Made by a program: the position numbers and the translations under genes. Below, piece by piece: positions 54,120-58,253 of a stretch of DNA of 58,253 bases. Positions within the stretch are counted from its first letter, which is position 1. Every line of letters begins with the position of its first letter. This DNA is from Girardia tigrina. Lineage: Eukaryota. Location: positions 1-58,253 of the forward strand of contig MQRK01215961.1 in NCBI GenBank assembly GCA_001938485.1. Direction: 5' to 3'. The notes below the pieces were generated by a model, which searched no databases, was not told the DNA's origin, and saw nothing but the letters and a program-made list of their open reading frames with translations.

Positions 54120-55430
54120 TTAGGTTGGTCGAAAAATAATGGCGGTTTTGGGACACAAACTTCAAAGACGTGCAAATTCACAGAAACAAAAGTTCATTAA
54201 TCAAAGTATGAACCGTTGGCATCAATACATTTTTGCCAACGAGAAACAAGTTGTTGTATTCCATCAGCATAAAATGCATCGGTTCTCGAAGCGATGAATT
54301 CTTGGAAGGTATTTTGAGCATCATTTTGGTTTTTGAAAATTTTTTCACGTAGGAAGTTGTACAAATGCCTGAAAAAGTAGAAATCCGTTGGCGAGAGGTC
54401 TGGTGAATATGGTGGATGAGGCAGGGTTTCATAGCCCAACTCATTAAGCTTTTGAAGTGTCACTTTTGAAATATGAGGTCTAGCGTTATCATGAAGAAGG
54501 ATGGGACTTTTTCGATTGACCAATCCAGGACAAAGGGTTTTCAATTTCTTATACATTTCATCAATTTCATGACAGTACCTCTCCGCTGTGATTGTTTCAC
54601 CTGGATTCAAGAAATTATAATGGATGATTCCAGCATCACACCACCAAACTGTCACCATAACATTATGGGGTGTTAGTTTCGATTTTGGAAAGTTTTTTGG
54701 TACTTCATCTTTGTCCAACCACTGTGCAGATCGACGTCGGTTATCATACAGGATCCATTTCTCATCACAGGTAACAATACGATCAATAAATGGATCGTTT
54801 TAATTGCGAAGATGATTGGCAGAACATCTTTCATAGCGTCGGTTCTTTTGATTTTCATTCAAATCACGTGGAACCCATTTATCAAGTTTCTTGATTTTTC
54901 CAAGTTGTTTTAAATGATCCAGGACTGTTGAATGACTAATGCCCAACCCATCTGCAAGTTTTCTGATTGTTGTACCGGGATCTGTCTCCACCATTGTCCT
55001 CAAATTATCGTTGTTCACAGCAACTGGACGACCACGACCTTCTTCATCTTCAAGGTTTTCATCTCCATCAGAAAATTTTCGGAACCATCGTTGCACTGTG
55101 TGCTCAGANNNNNNNNNNNNNNNNNNNNNNNNNNNNNNNNNNNNNNNNNNNNNNNNNNNNNNNNNNNNNNNNNNNNNNNNNNNNNNNNNNNNNNNNNNNN
55201 NNNNNNNNNNNNNNNNNNNNNNNNNNNNNNNNNNNNNNNNNNNNNNNNNNNNNNNNNNNNNNNNNNNNNNNNNNNNNNNNNNNNNNNNNNNNNNNNNNNN
55301 NNNNNNNNNNNNNNNNGGCATAAGATTTCAAATAATATCTAACACTAATGCATTTAAACTTATATACATATCAAAGTAGATAAACAAAGTATAAAGCTCA
55401 AAAACCGCCATTATTTTTCGACCAACTTAA
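54120..55430 (-). mobile_element. cecropia-subfamily mariner (Hsmar1/Dtmar1-like)
   Basis: TIRs TTA(G/A)GTTGGTCGAAAAATAATGGCGGTTTT with TA TSD; VMVTVWW, LLHDNARPH, HPPYSPDLSPTDF; frameshift near 54800; 208 N. Confidence 0.95.
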
Positions 55431-55639
55431 TATGTTTATTAAATACTTAAAACTGTGAATGGAATATTTACAAAATTTATTGGTAACAACACATTATACC
55501 ATTAAAAATTTCGATAAGTACATTCTCAAGAATCACACAAGCTGATGTAAGAAACATATTTTTTTAAAAACGAATTCCTCCATATAGCTTGCATGTAGTC
55601 CATGTCCACTAGTAGTGCCCTTAGACGAGTACAACTCAT

Positions 55640-56470
55640 GGCAACAATTAAAGAATATATCTAGAGACAGTAAGTCACAATTTCCATCTGGAGACCTTTA
55701 CCCTAGAACGTCTAGTGTTAAATATATAATTCTGTCGATGTCATTTGGACATTGATAAAATGATGAAAGGGGAACAAATTTATGTCTGGTACTGTCTCTT
55801 ACGGCAATGAAGGTCAAGTTGAATTTCGACAAAAAAACTTTCTTGGTTTCAACATTTATTAGACATAAAGTTATTAGACCAGTCTTGTAGTTTTAGTATT
55901 AATGATATGTATACCAAACGAAATGACCTTCATGAAATTATCATTTCTGGAAAAGCATCAAACATTACTCTATTCCATTTATTGAGAAAGGTCTATGTAG
56001 GTGGGTCATTTAGTAATGTACCTTTGTTATTTAGTCAAATTTAAGTCATTATCGCTAAAAGAAACGGATTTGTCTTACCAATTCTTTATGCTTTTCTTCT
56101 TGATAAAATGGACAGCACATACAATCGCATGTTCGAAGCAAGAAGAGAAGTATAGCCAGCTCTTCAGTGAGACCTCTTTTCAATTGGCTACGAAAAGTCT
56201 GCAATAAATGCAATTAAAAGTATTTCCCCTGGTGCATATATTGCTGTATGTTTTTTCATCTTGTCAAAAAATATGAAAACGTTAAATTAAGAAAATTTAC
56301 CACAGAGATACAATAAAGATTTTGTTTTTGTATTATTTGCAAGAAAAAGTCCTGCTAATGCATTTTTCCTGTGAATCAAATAAATGCTACTTTCGAAGTC
56401 CTCTCGAAAGGCATTCTTGAAGATTTGCAAATAGTAGTAGATTGGTTCGCAAAAACAAATTTCGGCTGTT
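55640..56470 (+). mobile_element. Decayed MULE transposase remnant
   Basis: YVGGSFSNVPLLFSQ, LPILYAFLLDK..TYNRMF, YEKSAINAIKSI.P..CFFHL; boundaries approximate. Confidence 0.75.
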
Positions 56471-56635
56471 ACAACCAAGTTTTTGTAACTAACTCTAACC
56501 TAAACCGCTTGTATTTGCGGTTTCCAAAAACTTTGAAATAATTCATTTAACGCTTGCATCTGAGGGTGCTCCAGTTTTTTTAAACTACAACTAATAAGAA
56601 TTATTAAAATGTATATATTGTTAATTTTATCTCGT

Positions 56636-56665
56636 TATCTATCTATCTATCTATTTATCTATCTA

Positions 56666-56711
<46 letters not shown>
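56636..56711. repeat. (TATC)n(TA)n microsatellite
   Basis: Read directly; continues as (TA)n at 57997-58044 on the other side of the mariner. Confidence 0.95.
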
Positions 56712-56715
<4 letters not shown>

Positions 56716-57994
56716 GTTGGCCAAAAAGTCATTGCGTTTTTAACTACAAAATTTATTATCAAAAAATGACATGGATGTACAAATATTTTTACACGATATA
56801 CTGTCCATTATTTTCAATCACTTTCTTCCACCTTTTTTGTAGCTTCATTATTCCTGATTCATAAAAACCTTTGCCTTTGTCAGGAAAAAAGCTGTCTAGG
56901 AACGATTTGATGTCATCATCACTGGAGAATGTTTTTCTGTTTAAGGAATTCTGCAGTGATCTAAATAAGTGAAAATCCGATGGGGCCAAGTCTGGAGAAT
57001 ACGGTTGGTGCGGCAAAACCTCCCAACTCAGTGATAAGAGATTCTGGCGAGTGGTCAAACTTGTATGCGGTCTTGCGTTATCATGCTGAATTACAACTCC
57101 TTTCGATTTTCCAATTCAGGACGTTCCTGTTGAATTGAATGAGCCAATTTCTCCTGCTGACCACAATATCTGTCTGAATTGATGGTTTCATTCCTCGGAA
57201 GGAGTTCCAAAAACACAATTCCTTTAAAATCCCACCAGACGGAAAGCATAACCTTCTTTTGGTTAATTTCTGCTTTTGGGGATCGTTTTGGCAGGCTCAC
57301 TACGTTTTGTCCATGATCGTCGGCGTTCCACATTGTTGTAAACAATCCATTTTTCGTCACCCATAATCAAGCGCTTAAAAAATGGATCACTTTGTTCTCG
57401 CTTCAAAAGGGAATCGCTAATGTCTATACGTTTCACCAAATGAATTTCTTTCAGTTCATGTGGTAACCACATATCGAGTTTACTGACGAATCCAAGTTTC
57501 TTTAAATGACTTCCAACACTTGATTTTGATATTTCCAGAGTCTCTGCAACTTCTCTTGTCGTCATATGTGGTTTAGATTTGAACAGTGCTGTTATTTTGT
57601 CGCCATCAACTTCAACTGGTCGACCGGAGTGTGGTGCATCTTTCAGATGAAATTTTTCAGAAGGAAATTTAGAAAACCATTATTGACACTGTCGAAGTTT
57701 TAAGGAATCACTACCATATACAAAACATATTTTCTTATGAGCTTGCACAGCGGTTTTCCCTTTGTGAAAATAATACAACAAAACATGACGAATATGCTCA
57801 TTTTGATTTTCCATTTCGAATTGACGGTAAAGTAATAAATTAAAACAAAATCAATCAATATTTTGTATAAACATAGTCTGAAAATTAAGGTTTCAGAATA
57901 TATAATTGAATTTAAATTTTATCATGTCGTTTTATATTTTCAAGCTTTTTATTATGACGTACTCAAAAACGCAACGACTTTTTGGCCAACCCAA
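56712..57994 (-). mobile_element. mellifera-type mariner inserted in a TA microsatellite
   Basis: TIRs TTGGGTTGGCCAAAAAGTC(A/G)TTGCGTTTT; MENQNEHIRH.., IMGDEKW, KKVMLSVWW, YSPDLAPSDF; stops and frameshifts. Confidence 0.95.
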
Positions 57995-57995
57995 A

Positions 57996-58045
<50 letters not shown>

Positions 58046-58253
58046 GAAGTAAAGTAAGATTAAAAAAACTTGAGAATGCAATAAAATTCAATGATTAAAA
58101 TTAAATAATTACCATTTGGTCGCGTTGCGATTCCATTTTGACTCATTTTTTGAGCCCATTTATTAAAAATAAAATAATTTAATTAAAATAATTAATTAAA
58201 ATTAATTAAAATAAAATTAATTTAATTAAATATATATAAGTATATATATATAT

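Overview
Very AT-rich eukaryotic (animal) genomic DNA. Short 43-44 nt introns, the transposon spectrum and the gene set suggest a triclad flatworm (planarian); this is inference. Three intact-looking host genes: a 4-exon fascin (+, 5586-9513, 505 aa after manual splicing), RNA polymerase subunit RPB8/POLR2H (-, 17507-17986, with a 43-nt 5'UTR intron), and a PRDM8-like PR/SET zinc-finger gene (-, three exons 29419-38383; the 5' end is uncertain). The rest is mostly decayed mobile DNA: about 12 Tc1/mariner elements (some nested), two MULE remnants, two hAT elements, MITEs, a compact Gypsy LTR element with 117-bp LTRs, an older Gypsy remnant, an RTE LINE remnant, several Penelope-like (GIY-YIG) remnants and a 28S rRNA fragment. 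Most notable non-annotated signals: four copies of a Penelope-linked minimal hammerhead ribozyme motif (two inside fascin intron 1); a Gypsy element with no canonical tRNA primer-binding site; a ~215-bp local templated insertion into that Gypsy; a mariner resembling insect Famar1/Ammar1 (horizontal transfer candidate); a four-copy unclassified LTR-like repeat; and candidate PRDM8 cis-regulatory modules sharing a 12-mer. I found no clearly novel multi-gene system.
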